From Gammaproteobacteria bacterium (GTDB lineage: Bacteria; Pseudomonadota; Gammaproteobacteria; GCA-001735895): a DNA stretch of 64,000 bases. Where the stretch lies: positions 15,520-79,519 of the forward strand of contig JACNJF010000106.1 in assembly GCA_014382695.1 (NCBI GenBank), read 5' to 3'. Every line of letters begins with the position of its first letter. Position 1 is the first letter of the stretch. Positions 8,656 to 17,916 of this stretch are shown in pieces. Made by a program: the position numbers and the translations under genes. The notes under the pieces were generated by a model, which was not told where the DNA came from, searched no databases, and was given only the letters and a program-made list of their open reading frames with translations.

Positions 8656-10134
8656 TCAAAAGAGACGTTTACGCTCGTTGGATGGCGGTATGTTCATCGC
8701 TTCACGATATTTTGCAATCGTGCGTCGTGCGACGTTGATACCCTGGTCATCCAGCAAAGCGGCAATCTTGTTATCACTTAACGGTTTTTCGGGCTTTTCA
8801 GCAGAGATCAGCTTTTTGATAATCGCTCTGATAGCCGTAGCCGAGCATTCCCCTCCATCCGCAGTACCAACGTGGCTGGAAAAGAAAAATTTAAACTCCA
8901 GGATGCCCCGCGGAGTGTGCATGAACTTCATCGTGGTTACCCTGGAAATGGTGGATTCATGCATTTCCAGTTCTTCGGCAACATCTCTTAACACCATCGG
9001 TTTCATCGCTTCATCACCGAATTCAAAATAGCCCTTCTGCCGTTCTACAATCGATGTGGCGACCCGCAGCAGGGTGTCGTTGCGACTTTGCAGGCTTTTT
9101 ATAAACCACTTGGCTTCCTGAATATGGTCACGCAGGTAATTATTCTGTTCGCTATTAACGCCGCGCTTAACCAGCTTCGAGTAGGTTTCATTGACCCGCA
9201 GACGCGGTGCATTTTCGCGGTTTATCTTTACCGACCATTGCCCGTTAACTTTTGCAACATACACATCCGGCTTGATGTATTCAGCATGTGTGGTGCTCAC
9301 CAGTTGACCCGGATGCGGGTTGGTGGTCTGGATCAGTTTAATGATTTCCGATAGCTCAGCATCATTCGCCTGCAGTCTTCGCTTCAGCACCGCCATATCA
9401 TTTTTGGCCAGATATTCCAGATATCGATCAACCAGAGCCAGTGCTTTTTTCAGGTGCGGGGTTGCCGGATCATATTGCTCGAGCTGAATCTTCATGCATT
9501 CTGAAGGGGTTCTTGAGCCGACCGCGAGTGGATCAAAGTGCTGGATAAAATGCAGCATGGCTTCAATTTCGTCGAGTTCAACATCGGGATGCTGGGGGAG
9601 AACGCCCTGGTGTATTTCCTGTAAGGTTTCTGTCAGGTAGCCTCTGTCATCGATGCCGTCGATAATGGCGAGGCCTATATCCTTGTCGGTTTCGGTGAGA
9701 TGGGCGCAATCCAGTTGCCAGATCAGATGGTCGTACAGTTCATCGGTTGTTTTTGCCTGATTTTCAAACAGGTCCCGGTAATCTTCGCCGTTATTGGAGG
9801 CGGGCTGAGACATGGATGCGGTGGCACTGGTGTCATAAAAGTCATCCCAGCCGGTATCCATGTCGAGTTCATCCGGCAGGGTCTGCTCTGAGCGGTCTTC
9901 GCTCAGGGAGTCGGATGAAGATTTAAGATCAATGTCTTCTTTATCGGCGTTGCTGTCCTCGGCCGAGGCTTCGGACAGGTTGTCGTCCTGTTCGAGTAAA
10001 GGATTAGAGTCCAGTGTCTGCTGAATTTCGGCCTGTAGTTCGATAGATGAAAGCTGGAGTAGGCGTATTGCCTGCTGCAGTTGAGGGGTCATGGTCAGGC
10101 TTTGACCAATCTTCAGTTGCAAGCTTTGCTTCAT
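8656..10134 (-). CDS. rpoN: RNA polymerase sigma-54 factor RpoN
   Basis: 492 aa with a Q/L-rich N-terminal region I, an acidic region II, and a C-terminal RpoN box ARRTIAKYRE. Confidence 0.95.
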   Translation of the reverse strand: MKQSLQLKIGQSLTMTPQLQQAIRLLQLSSIELQAEIQQTLDSNPLLEQDDNLSEASAEDSNADKEDIDLKSSSDSLSEDRSEQTLPDELDMDTGWDDFYDTSATASMSQPASNNGEDYRDLFENQAKTTDELYDHLIWQLDCAHLTETDKDIGLAIIDGIDDRGYLTETLQEIHQGVLPQHPDVELDEIEAMLHFIQHFDPLAVGSRTPSECMKIQLEQYDPATPHLKKALALVDRYLEYLAKNDMAVLKRRLQANDAELSEIIKLIQTTNPHPGQLVSTTHAEYIKPDVYVAKVNGQWSVKINRENAPRLRVNETYSKLVKRGVNSEQNNYLRDHIQEAKWFIKSLQSRNDTLLRVATSIVERQKGYFEFGDEAMKPMVLRDVAEELEMHESTISRVTTMKFMHTPRGILEFKFFFSSHVGTADGGECSATAIRAIIKKLISAEKPEKPLSDNKIAALLDDQGINVARRTIAKYREAMNIPPSNERKRLF

Positions 10135-10186
10135 GTTAAATTATAAGCGTATTCCGCATGTTTTATTATTGTTCTCATAGTTACCT

Positions 10187-10933
10187 TTATAGCTTAAAAT
10201 CCTTTCCCAAGTAAATCTTTCTTACAACTTTATCTGCCAGGATATGATCCGGGTCACCTTCAGCCAGCAGCGTACCCTCTCCCATTACATAGGCCCGATC
10301 ACACACTCCCAGGGTTTCCCGAACATTATGATCGGTGATCAGAATGCCAATGCCACGTTCAGCCAGCTGGCGGATAATGGACTGGATATCGATCACTGAA
10401 ATCGGGTCAACACCCGCAAACGGTTCGTCGAGTAATATGAACTGTGGTTCATTCGCCAGCGCGCGTGCGATTTCGACGCGCCGCCGTTCCCCGCCAGAGA
10501 GTGAAATGCCAAGGCTTTTACGGATGTGCTGAACCTGAAATTCATCCAGCAGGTATTCCAGCTTGTCCGCCTGCTGTTCCGCCGATAGATCTTTTCTAAG
10601 TTGCAAAATGGCGCGGATATTATCTTCAACGGATAAGCCTCTGAAGATAGAGGATTCCTGTGGCAGGTAGCCTATGCCTTTCTGTGCGCGTTTATGCATC
10701 GGCAGTCGGGTGATGTCCTGGCCATTCAGGGTGATAGATCCGAAATCACTGTTGACGAGGCCGACAATCATGTAAAAGCAGGTGGTTTTACCGGCGCCGT
10801 TAGGGCCCAGCAGGCCAACGATCTGACCGCTCTGTACCTGCAGGCTGACGGATTTGACGACGTTACGGCCCTTATAGCTTTTGGCCAGCTGTGTCGCCTG
10901 TAATTGATGGCTGTGCGGGCTGTCTGCACTCAT
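10187..10933 (-). CDS. lptB: LPS export ABC transporter ATP-binding protein LptB
   Basis: 248 aa ABC ATPase with Walker [10 protein letters not shown], signature LSGGERRR and Walker B ILLDEP. It lies immediately upstream of rpoN as in the E. coli locus. Confidence 0.9.
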   Translation of the reverse strand: MSADSPHSHQLQATQLAKSYKGRNVVKSVSLQVQSGQIVGLLGPNGAGKTTCFYMIVGLVNSDFGSITLNGQDITRLPMHKRAQKGIGYLPQESSIFRGLSVEDNIRAILQLRKDLSAEQQADKLEYLLDEFQVQHIRKSLGISLSGGERRRVEIARALANEPQFILLDEPFAGVDPISVIDIQSIIRQLAERGIGILITDHNVRETLGVCDRAYVMGEGTLLAEGDPDHILADKVVRKIYLGKDFKL

Positions 10934-11460
10934 TTGGGCAGGGACGGGTTCGCTGTACCGGTCAGGTTTTTGGGCTGGATTAACATACGCACGCGGTTTT
11001 CACCTTTTTTGCTACCGGCCCTGAGTGCATCGGTATCGGTGTTGACGCTGATCCAGTCACCCTCAATGGTATCGCGGTCGCTGTTAAAGCGAGCTTCGCC
11101 TTCCAGGTTAAGCAGCAGTTGATTGTCGGTATAGATGATCTTTCTGGCTGAGCCAGTGAGCTTTTGATTCTTGTCACTGAGCTGTTTCAGCGAGGCCGGG
11201 CTGCCTTCGATTTCCAGCCGTAACAGGTCATTATTACTGTCGAAGAAAAAAACAATCTTGTCAGCGATGATATGCAGGCTGCCCTGATGCATCTCAACAT
11301 TACCCTGATAGATACTGATATGCTGCGCATCATCGATATCGAGTTTATCGGCCTGAATATCAATCGCCTGAGCCCGATCGGTGGATAAGGCGTTGACGTA
11401 TATAGGAAAGCTAAGCAGTGAGATAATCACTGAAAGTAAGGGTATATTAACTCGCTTCAT
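10930..11460 (-). CDS. lptA: LPS transport periplasmic protein LptA
   Basis: OstA-like beta-jellyroll protein. The probable start is [24 protein letters not shown] (signal peptide) at complement 11460; the ORF track extends to 11505. It overlaps lptB by 4 nt. Confidence 0.8.
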   Translation of the reverse strand: MKRVNIPLLSVIISLLSFPIYVNALSTDRAQAIDIQADKLDIDDAQHISIYQGNVEMHQGSLHIIADKIVFFFDSNNDLLRLEIEGSPASLKQLSDKNQKLTGSARKIIYTDNQLLLNLEGEARFNSDRDTIEGDWISVNTDTDALRAGSKKGENRVRMLIQPKNLTGTANPSLPK

Positions 11461-12040
11461 GTAGTTCTCTGGTTTTTTTATTGGCCTGATGGGTGGCTTT
11501 GACACGATTAAATTGATAATAGTTTTTATCGATATTCAGTGTGGCACCTGCTGCCTGTAAATGGATGGTGCTGGAAACCAGTGTTAGTGCTGCCGGAATT
11601 TCGATCAGATTGCTCTGTGGTCTGAGTATCATCCGTTCTGTATTGAGGCGCATCGGGTCCTGCGCTGAATTGCGTAGCATTTCGACCTGATGCTGTAGTT
11701 CGAACACTTCCTGCTGATGCTGCAGGGTTCCGTTGCGGGCCTGGATTCTCCAGCTCGACTGCTCACCGTTGAGTTGTAAATCCGGTTGTTGAATCTGTGA
11801 AATATCTTCACGGATAAAGTGCTCCAGATAAGGGGATAATAGTTGATAATGAAGGGTGCCCTGCTGATTCATCGCGCGATAGTTTACCTGGCTCAGATAG
11901 TAATCGATATTATCCGGTAGTAATAAGGCCTCGGTCGTTGTGGGGGCGAGCCTGCGGTCATAAAACCAGCCAATACCGATGGCCAGTGAAACCAGCCCAA
12001 TAACCGTGAGCATGAAGCCGCTGTTGACTCTCTGGCTCAT
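11447..12040 (-). CDS. lptC: LPS export protein LptC
   Basis: 197 aa with a single N-terminal TM anchor (FMLTVIGLVSLAIGIGWFY) and a periplasmic domain, positioned between kdsC and lptA. Confidence 0.8.
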   Translation of the reverse strand: MSQRVNSGFMLTVIGLVSLAIGIGWFYDRRLAPTTTEALLLPDNIDYYLSQVNYRAMNQQGTLHYQLLSPYLEHFIREDISQIQQPDLQLNGEQSSWRIQARNGTLQHQQEVFELQHQVEMLRNSAQDPMRLNTERMILRPQSNLIEIPAALTLVSSTIHLQAAGATLNIDKNYYQFNRVKATHQANKKTRELHEAS

Positions 12041-12609
12041 GCCAGATAGCTTCCCAGCTTGTCTTCGAGCAGGCCCTGGGCCTGCAGGATAAATTCAATC
12101 GCTTCGCGTGCCGCACCCTGTCCACCACTGTTTTCAGTGATGTAGTCGGCGTGCTGTTTGACGAAGGCATGCGCATCCTGCACCGCAATCGCCATACCAA
12201 CCTGAGTCATCACTGGTAGATCGATCACATCATCGCCCATATAGGCAATGTTCTCGGGCTTTAGCCCGGTTTGCTGTAACAGTTTGGCGAAGGCCGGGCG
12301 CTTGTCTCTATAACCCTGAAAAACGATGTCAATGCCGAGGTCTTTCATGCGGTGTTCAACCACATTCGACTGGCGTCCGGTAATCACCGCGGCCTGCAGG
12401 CCGCACTCCAGCAGCATTCTCAGGCCATGCCCATCCTTTGAGTTAAAGGCCTTGTATTCCTGGCCATCGTTATCGAAGTACAGGGTGCCATTGGTTAAGA
12501 CACCATCGATATCAAAGATGACCATTTTTATGTTCTGTGCGAGTTTTATGGTTGAATCCATCTGATCTTTCCTGTGTTGGCTATACGATGCCGGCCCTGA
12601 GTAAATCAT
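12037..12609 (-). CDS. kdsC: 3-deoxy-D-manno-octulosonate 8-phosphate phosphatase KdsC
   Basis: HAD phosphatase with the VIFDIDGVLT motif I. An alternative start MDSTIKL at complement 12561 would remove the 29-nt overlap with kdsD. Confidence 0.85.
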   Translation of the reverse strand: MIYSGPASYSQHRKDQMDSTIKLAQNIKMVIFDIDGVLTNGTLYFDNDGQEYKAFNSKDGHGLRMLLECGLQAAVITGRQSNVVEHRMKDLGIDIVFQGYRDKRPAFAKLLQQTGLKPENIAYMGDDVIDLPVMTQVGMAIAVQDAHAFVKQHADYITENSGGQGAAREAIEFILQAQGLLEDKLGSYLA

Positions 12610-13552
12610 GCATGTTTAGGGCACCCAGAATGGTGCCGTCTTTATGCTTAACGATGAGCGCATTTATCGCGTTGTTTTCCATTAAAGTCAATGCAGAGCT
12701 GGCAATAAGATCGGCATCGATGGTCACGCAATTCGCAGTCATATGATCACGAATCATCGCGCTCTGAATGTCGGCGTTGCTGTCCAGTGTTCGTCTGAGA
12801 TCACCATCGGTGTAGATACCCAGTAGTTTATTCGACTCATCCGCGATGGCGGTCATTCCCAGGCCCTTTTTAGTCATTTCGAGCAGCGCCTGTTTCAGGC
12901 TGGCGTCTCTGCCAACCACCGGAATACGTTCTCCTGTGTGCATGATGTCGCGTACGCGCAGCAGCAATCGTCTGCCCAGACTGCCGCCCGGATGCGAGCG
13001 TGCAAAGTCTTCTTCGGTGAAGCCGCGTGCTTCCAGCACGGCAATGGCGAGGGCGTCGCCCATGGCCAGACTGGCGGTGGTGCTGGAAGTCGGTGCCAGT
13101 CCAAGCGGGCAGGCTTCCTTCTCTACCGCGACGTCGAGATTGATATCGGCCATCTCGGCCAGCGTCGAATTTTTATTTCCGGTCAGGGCAATCAGTGGTA
13201 CCGGCAGGCGTTTTAATAATGGTAGCAGGGTAATAATTTCTGCCACTTCACCGGAGTTGGACAGCGCGATCACCAGATCCTGCTCGGTAATCATGCCCAG
13301 ATCGCCATGACTGGCTTCTCCCGGATGCATAAAAAAAGCCGGGGTGCCGGTGCTGGCCAGGGTTGCGGCGATCTTGTTACCGATATGGCCGGATTTGCCC
13401 ATGCCTGTCACCACAATCCGGCCCTTGCAGGCCAGTATCATTTCACAGGCATCATGAAACTTATGGTCGATGCGCCCGATTAGAGCGTTGATCGCTTCCG
13501 CTTCTGTTTTTAAAACGGCGATGCCGAGTTGTTGAAAGGAGTGTTTGCTCAT
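12581..13552 (-). CDS. kdsD: Arabinose-5-phosphate isomerase KdsD (SIS plus tandem CBS)
   Basis: 323 aa with the SIS domain motif VVTGMGKSGHIG and a C-terminal CBS pair. Conserved position yrbG-kdsD-kdsC. Confidence 0.9.
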   Translation of the reverse strand: MSKHSFQQLGIAVLKTEAEAINALIGRIDHKFHDACEMILACKGRIVVTGMGKSGHIGNKIAATLASTGTPAFFMHPGEASHGDLGMITEQDLVIALSNSGEVAEIITLLPLLKRLPVPLIALTGNKNSTLAEMADINLDVAVEKEACPLGLAPTSSTTASLAMGDALAIAVLEARGFTEEDFARSHPGGSLGRRLLLRVRDIMHTGERIPVVGRDASLKQALLEMTKKGLGMTAIADESNKLLGIYTDGDLRRTLDSNADIQSAMIRDHMTANCVTIDADLIASSALTLMENNAINALIVKHKDGTILGALNMHDLLRAGIV

Positions 13553-13576
13553 AAGGAGTGCCAGTGTGCCATAGTT

Positions 13577-14548
13577 TCAGACTGCGATAACCTGAAAATA
13601 CAGAAGAGACTGATAGGCGACAAAACTGCCGAGCAGCAACAGTCCCTTAAAGCGGGTGAGAATACAGCAGCTTTTTTTGGGTAGATACGATAACAGGTAA
13701 AGCAGTGCGGTGAGTGCCAGCATCACCGGCAGATCACGCGTGATGGCTTCCTGTGATATCTGAAAATCGATCATTACCGCCGGGATGCCAATCACCGCCA
13801 GTGAATTGAATAGATTGGAGCCGATCACATTGCCGATCACCAGTTCTGGTTCACCCTTGCGTGCTGCGGCGATGGCGGCCGCCAGCTCGGGCAGAGATGT
13901 TCCCAGTGCGACGATGGTCAGGCCGATGATTAATTCGCCGACGCCGAGTTGGGTGGCAATGTTAACCGCGCCCCACACCAGCAGTTTGGAGCTTCCAACC
14001 AGGATCAGTAAGCCGACCAGGGTCCACAACAGTGCACTTTTGGTGGGCATGTCGCGAGGGATCTCCTGTTCCAGCTCGTCAGCCAGGGTGTCATCCATAT
14101 CGCTGCGCGAGAAGTGAATCAGATAAACCATCGAAATTGCCAGCAGCGCCAGCAACAGTATTCCATCCATCAACGTCAGCTGTGCATCCCATAACAGCCC
14201 GGTCATCAGCGCAGAGGCGATGAGTAGAATAGGGAATTCGCGTTTCAACAGTTTGGAAGTAAAGGCAATCGGTAAAAACAGCGCAGTGACGCCCAGAATC
14301 AGACCGATGTTGGCAATATTCGACCCCAGCGCATTGCCGATAGCCAGATCGGGGGTGTCATCAAACACGGAAAACACGGATATCATGATCTCCGGAGCCG
14401 AGGTGCCGAATCCAATAATAGTAATCCCGATGATCAGCGTGGAAACGCCCATGTTACGGGCGGTTGCAGAAGCGCCCTCTACAAACCGGTCAGCACTCCA
14501 GACCAGTAAAGCCAGGCCGATGATGATGGCTGCCAGTGATAAAAACAT
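13577..14548 (-). CDS. yrbG: Ca2+/Na+ antiporter family inner membrane protein (YrbG-like)
   Basis: 323 aa polytopic protein with two alpha-repeat motifs, GNALGSNIANIG and GNVIGSNLFNSL. Adjacent to kdsD as in the E. coli locus. Confidence 0.85.
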   Translation of the reverse strand: MFLSLAAIIIGLALLVWSADRFVEGASATARNMGVSTLIIGITIIGFGTSAPEIMISVFSVFDDTPDLAIGNALGSNIANIGLILGVTALFLPIAFTSKLLKREFPILLIASALMTGLLWDAQLTLMDGILLLALLAISMVYLIHFSRSDMDDTLADELEQEIPRDMPTKSALLWTLVGLLILVGSSKLLVWGAVNIATQLGVGELIIGLTIVALGTSLPELAAAIAAARKGEPELVIGNVIGSNLFNSLAVIGIPAVMIDFQISQEAITRDLPVMLALTALLYLLSYLPKKSCCILTRFKGLLLLGSFVAYQSLLYFQVIAV

Positions 14549-14563
14549 GATGATTACTTCAGA

Positions 14564-15088
14564 TTAAAAGTCGTCGGTAGAGGTGAACAGGCCAACACGC
14601 AGATCTTTGGCGCTATAGATTTCGCGTCCGTCAACCTGCATCGTGGCGTCGGCTATGCCCATCACAAGCTTGCGCATGATCAGGCGTTTGACGTGAATTT
14701 TATAGGTGACTTTTTTGGCGCCCGGTAAAACCTGACCGAAGAATTTGACTTCACCGGAGCCCAGCGCGCGACCATGTCCCTTACCGCCTTTCCAGCCCAG
14801 GTAGAAACCAACCAGTTGCCACATCGCATCCAGGCCCAGACAGCCGGGCATCACTGGGTCGGTTTCAAAATGGCAGGCAAAAAACCACAGTTCGGGTGTA
14901 ATATCGAGCTCTGCTTCGATATAGCCTTTGCCGTGGTCACCGCCATCTTCGGTGATATGGGTGATACGGCTGAACATCAGCATCGGAGGTAATGGCAGCA
15001 GGGCATTACCCGGCCCAAAGAGCTTTCCTTTTCCAGCGTCGATGAGTTCCTGGTATGTGAAGCTGTTTTGACTGGTGAGTTCTGCCAT
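14564..15088 (-). CDS. fabA: 3-hydroxydecanoyl-ACP dehydratase/isomerase FabA
   Basis: 174 aa, near-collinear with E. coli FabA: [68 protein letters not shown]. Confidence 0.9.
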   Translation of the reverse strand: MAELTSQNSFTYQELIDAGKGKLFGPGNALLPLPPMLMFSRITHITEDGGDHGKGYIEAELDITPELWFFACHFETDPVMPGCLGLDAMWQLVGFYLGWKGGKGHGRALGSGEVKFFGQVLPGAKKVTYKIHVKRLIMRKLVMGIADATMQVDGREIYSAKDLRVGLFTSTDDF

Positions 15089-15228
15089 AATATTCGTTCG
15101 TAGTTAATCAGGGAGCGAACACTAACGATTCAGTCTGGGTTTTTCCAGTAAAATCTTTGGCTGAATTTAATTTTGGGCTGGTTTTATGATGTCTTTTTTA
15201 CTCCTTCGATTAGCTTTATCCTGTTGCC

Positions 15229-15822
15229 ATGCCAATTAAGCTGGGCGTTTATAACTGGCAGAGCTTCGCGCCTGATGCGGGTTACTATCCGCAGGATCTA
15301 CCGCCGGACTGGAAGCTATCGTATTACGCGAATGAGTTTGCATCGGCCGCTATCGATCTGGCCTCTGGAAGGATTGGTATACAGCAACTGCAGCAGCTGG
15401 TCGATGGATTGGCGCAGGAATTTGAGCTGACGCTGGCCTTTTCCGGGCTGGCGCAGCTGGATCAATGGCTCACGCCCCTGCATCAGCAACCGATAAAGCT
15501 ACATAGCCTGATGTTACCACCGTCTGCGTTAGCTCAACTGTTACGGGATCAGACCAGGCTCAAGCCGCTATCCACCCTTGGCATAGTCCATTCCACACAA
15601 TTGATTACAGCGGATGCTCTGTGGAGCCCGGATAAACCGGATCAACATTGTCGGATAGCGCTACTGGAGGCGCATAGCGATTTGAAACAGTATCGTCGCT
15701 GGATCGAGCAATGGGTCGGGGATCACCCTGAGCGCTGTGAAACACTGTGGCTACAGGGTGAAACAGCGAATTATTCACAGTTGACTAAATTACGTACGCT
15801 GTTGGAGTTGCTGGGGTATTAA
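15229..15822 (+). CDS. Hypothetical protein with DUF72 (YecE/UPF0759)-like N-terminus
   Basis: 197 aa. The N-terminal pattern IKLGVYNWQSF....YYPQDLPPDWKLSYYANEF....IDL matches the DUF72 consensus G..GW....W...FYP..L.....L..YA..F...E.N, but the protein is shorter than typical DUF72 proteins (about 250 aa). It is divergent from fabA. Confidence 0.45.
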   Translation: MPIKLGVYNWQSFAPDAGYYPQDLPPDWKLSYYANEFASAAIDLASGRIGIQQLQQLVDGLAQEFELTLAFSGLAQLDQWLTPLHQQPIKLHSLMLPPSALAQLLRDQTRLKPLSTLGIVHSTQLITADALWSPDKPDQHCRIALLEAHSDLKQYRRWIEQWVGDHPERCETLWLQGETANYSQLTKLRTLLELLGY

Positions 15823-15886
15823 ACTGGGCATGGAGTTCAACGCCGCTTATTGTTAGACTCGCGCCACATTTATTGCACTTTACATC

Positions 15887-16690
15887 ATGACTCAGGCATT
15901 AATTCAAATCAGGAATCTACATTTCAGTCGAGGCCAGAATAAAATATTCGATGGCATCGATATGGATATCAGCGCAGGCCGCATCACCGCTATAATGGGC
16001 CCGAGTGGAACCGGCAAGACAACGCTACTAAAAATGATTGGCGGACAGTTGCACCCGGAGGCTGGTGAAGTGATCGTGGATGGCCAGAATGTGCATCGTC
16101 TGAAACGTTCCGAGCTGTACCAGCTACGCAAGAAAATGGGCATGTTGTTTCAGTCGGGTGCGTTGCTGACCGATCTTACGGTATTTGAAAATATAGCCTA
16201 TCCGCTGCGTGAACATACCAATCTGAGTGAGTCGATGATTTACTCCATGGTGTTGATCAAACTGCAGGCGGTGGGCCTCAGTGCAGCGCATACGCTGATG
16301 CCGGCTGAGCTTTCCGGTGGGATGGCGCGACGCGTCGCACTGGCTCGGGCGCTGGCGCTCGATCCGATGATGATTATGTATGACGAGCCTTTTACCGGTC
16401 AGGATCCGATCTCGCTGGGGGTACTGGTGAAGTTGATCCAGGAAACTAATTCTGCACTCAAGCTGACCAGTATTATGGTGTCGCATGATGTTAATGAAAC
16501 CATGTCCATTGCCGATGATGTGAAGATTATTTCACAGGGCAAGGTGGTGGCTGCTGGCACTCGACAGGAAATTGAGCAGTCGGATTCTGCCTGGGTACGT
16601 CAGTTTATCGACGGACAGGCCGACGGGCCGGTGCCGTTTCATTACCCCGGGGAAACTATCGAGCAGCAGCTGATGAAGGTGACCAAATGA
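15887..16690 (+). CDS. mlaF: Phospholipid ABC transporter ATP-binding protein MlaF
   Basis: 267 aa ABC ATPase with Walker [10 protein letters not shown], signature [14 protein letters not shown] and Walker B IMYDEP. First gene of an mla-type operon. Confidence 0.9.
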   Translation: MTQALIQIRNLHFSRGQNKIFDGIDMDISAGRITAIMGPSGTGKTTLLKMIGGQLHPEAGEVIVDGQNVHRLKRSELYQLRKKMGMLFQSGALLTDLTVFENIAYPLREHTNLSESMIYSMVLIKLQAVGLSAAHTLMPAELSGGMARRVALARALALDPMMIMYDEPFTGQDPISLGVLVKLIQETNSALKLTSIMVSHDVNETMSIADDVKIISQGKVVAAGTRQEIEQSDSAWVRQFIDGQADGPVPFHYPGETIEQQLMKVTK

Positions 16691-17439
16691 AAGCGCTGAC
16701 CCAGATGCTAACCCGGCTGGGGCGTGGCTCGCTGTTTCTAATCAAGATTCTGGCCGGAATTCCACAGCTATTTCTGCGCTTCCGGCTGGTGGTGCAACAG
16801 CTTCATTCAGTCGGCGTTCAGACCCTGATGATTACGCTGGTTGCCGGACTTTTTGTGGGTATGGTACTGGCGTTACAGCTGTACTATACGCTCAGCACGT
16901 TTGGCGCTGAAGACACCCTGGGGATGGTGGTCGACCTTGCACTGGTTCGCGAGCTCGGCCCGGTCGTTGCAGCTTTGCTATTTGCCGGGAGAGCGGGTTC
17001 TGCGTTAACCGCAGAGATAGGTCTGATGAAAGCGACCGAACAGTTGTCCGGGCTGGAAATGATGGCGGTCGATCCGGTCAACCGGATTATCGCACCGCGT
17101 TTTCTGGCCGGGTTTATCTCGATGCCGTTATTGGCTGCAATCTTCAGTGCGGTAGGTATTCTGGGTGGCTATAGTGTCGGGGTTGACCTGCTGGGGGTGG
17201 ATTCAGGTGCGTTCTGGTCGCAGATCCAGGACAAGGTTGATTTTTATGACGATGTGTTAAACGGTGTGATCAAGAGTTTTGTGTTCGGTTTTATCGTTAG
17301 CTGGATCGCCGTTTTTGAAGGTTATGACTGTATTCCAACCTCGGAGGGGGTATCGCGAGCGACTACCCGAACCGTGGTGCATTCCTCCCTTGCCGTACTG
17401 GGAATGGATTTTGTATTAACTGCAATCATGTATCAGTGA
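16687..17439 (+). CDS. mlaE: Phospholipid ABC transporter permease MlaE
   Basis: 250 aa multi-TM permease of the MlaE/Ttg2B family, overlapping mlaF by 4 nt. Confidence 0.9.
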   Translation: MKALTQMLTRLGRGSLFLIKILAGIPQLFLRFRLVVQQLHSVGVQTLMITLVAGLFVGMVLALQLYYTLSTFGAEDTLGMVVDLALVRELGPVVAALLFAGRAGSALTAEIGLMKATEQLSGLEMMAVDPVNRIIAPRFLAGFISMPLLAAIFSAVGILGGYSVGVDLLGVDSGAFWSQIQDKVDFYDDVLNGVIKSFVFGFIVSWIAVFEGYDCIPTSEGVSRATTRTVVHSSLAVLGMDFVLTAIMYQ

Positions 17440-17448
17440 GGAAATAAG

Positions 17449-17907
17449 ATGTTTCGCAGTATCGAATTAAGTGTAGGTCTGTTTGTCGGCATCGGTCTGG
17501 CGGCGTTGTTTATGCTGGCCATGCAGGCGAGTAACTTGAGTAGTTTTACCAGTGCCGGGCATTATCAGGTGAATGCCCGCTTTGATAATATCGGCGGTCT
17601 CAAGGTGCGTTCGGCGGTCAAGGTTTCCGGGGTCAAGATCGGCCAGGTGACTACGATTGATTATGATTCGGAAACCTTTGAGGCGGTTGTTAGCATGCAG
17701 ATCGATGAGAAATTCAGTAAGTTTCCACGCGACACGATTGCCAGTATCTTTACCTCCGGGTTACTCGGTGAGCAATACATCGGTCTGGAACCGGGTGGCG
17801 ATGAAAAGCTGCTGGCGCATCAGTCTGAGATACGGCATACCCAGTCAGCGATGGTGCTGGAGCAGTTAATCGGTCAGTTTCTGTTCAGTAAATCCAAAGA
17901 CGAATAG
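17449..17907 (+). CDS. mlaD: MCE-domain periplasmic protein MlaD
   Basis: 152 aa with an N-terminal TM anchor (LSVGLFVGIGLAALFMLAM) and a single MCE domain (VKVSGVKIGQVTTI). Confidence 0.85.
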   Translation: MFRSIELSVGLFVGIGLAALFMLAMQASNLSSFTSAGHYQVNARFDNIGGLKVRSAVKVSGVKIGQVTTIDYDSETFEAVVSMQIDEKFSKFPRDTIASIFTSGLLGEQYIGLEPGGDEKLLAHQSEIRHTQSAMVLEQLIGQFLFSKSKDE

Positions 17908-17916
17908 TATCCGATC

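Noticed and set aside
12846-13310. 154-aa plus-strand ORF
   Set aside because: It is antisense within kdsD (SIS/CBS isomerase with clear motifs); its R/S/P-rich translation is not protein-like.
15173-15430. 85-aa ORF overlapping the start of the DUF72-like gene
   Set aside because: It is a different frame overlapping a longer ORF with a recognisable family N-terminus and has no independent support.
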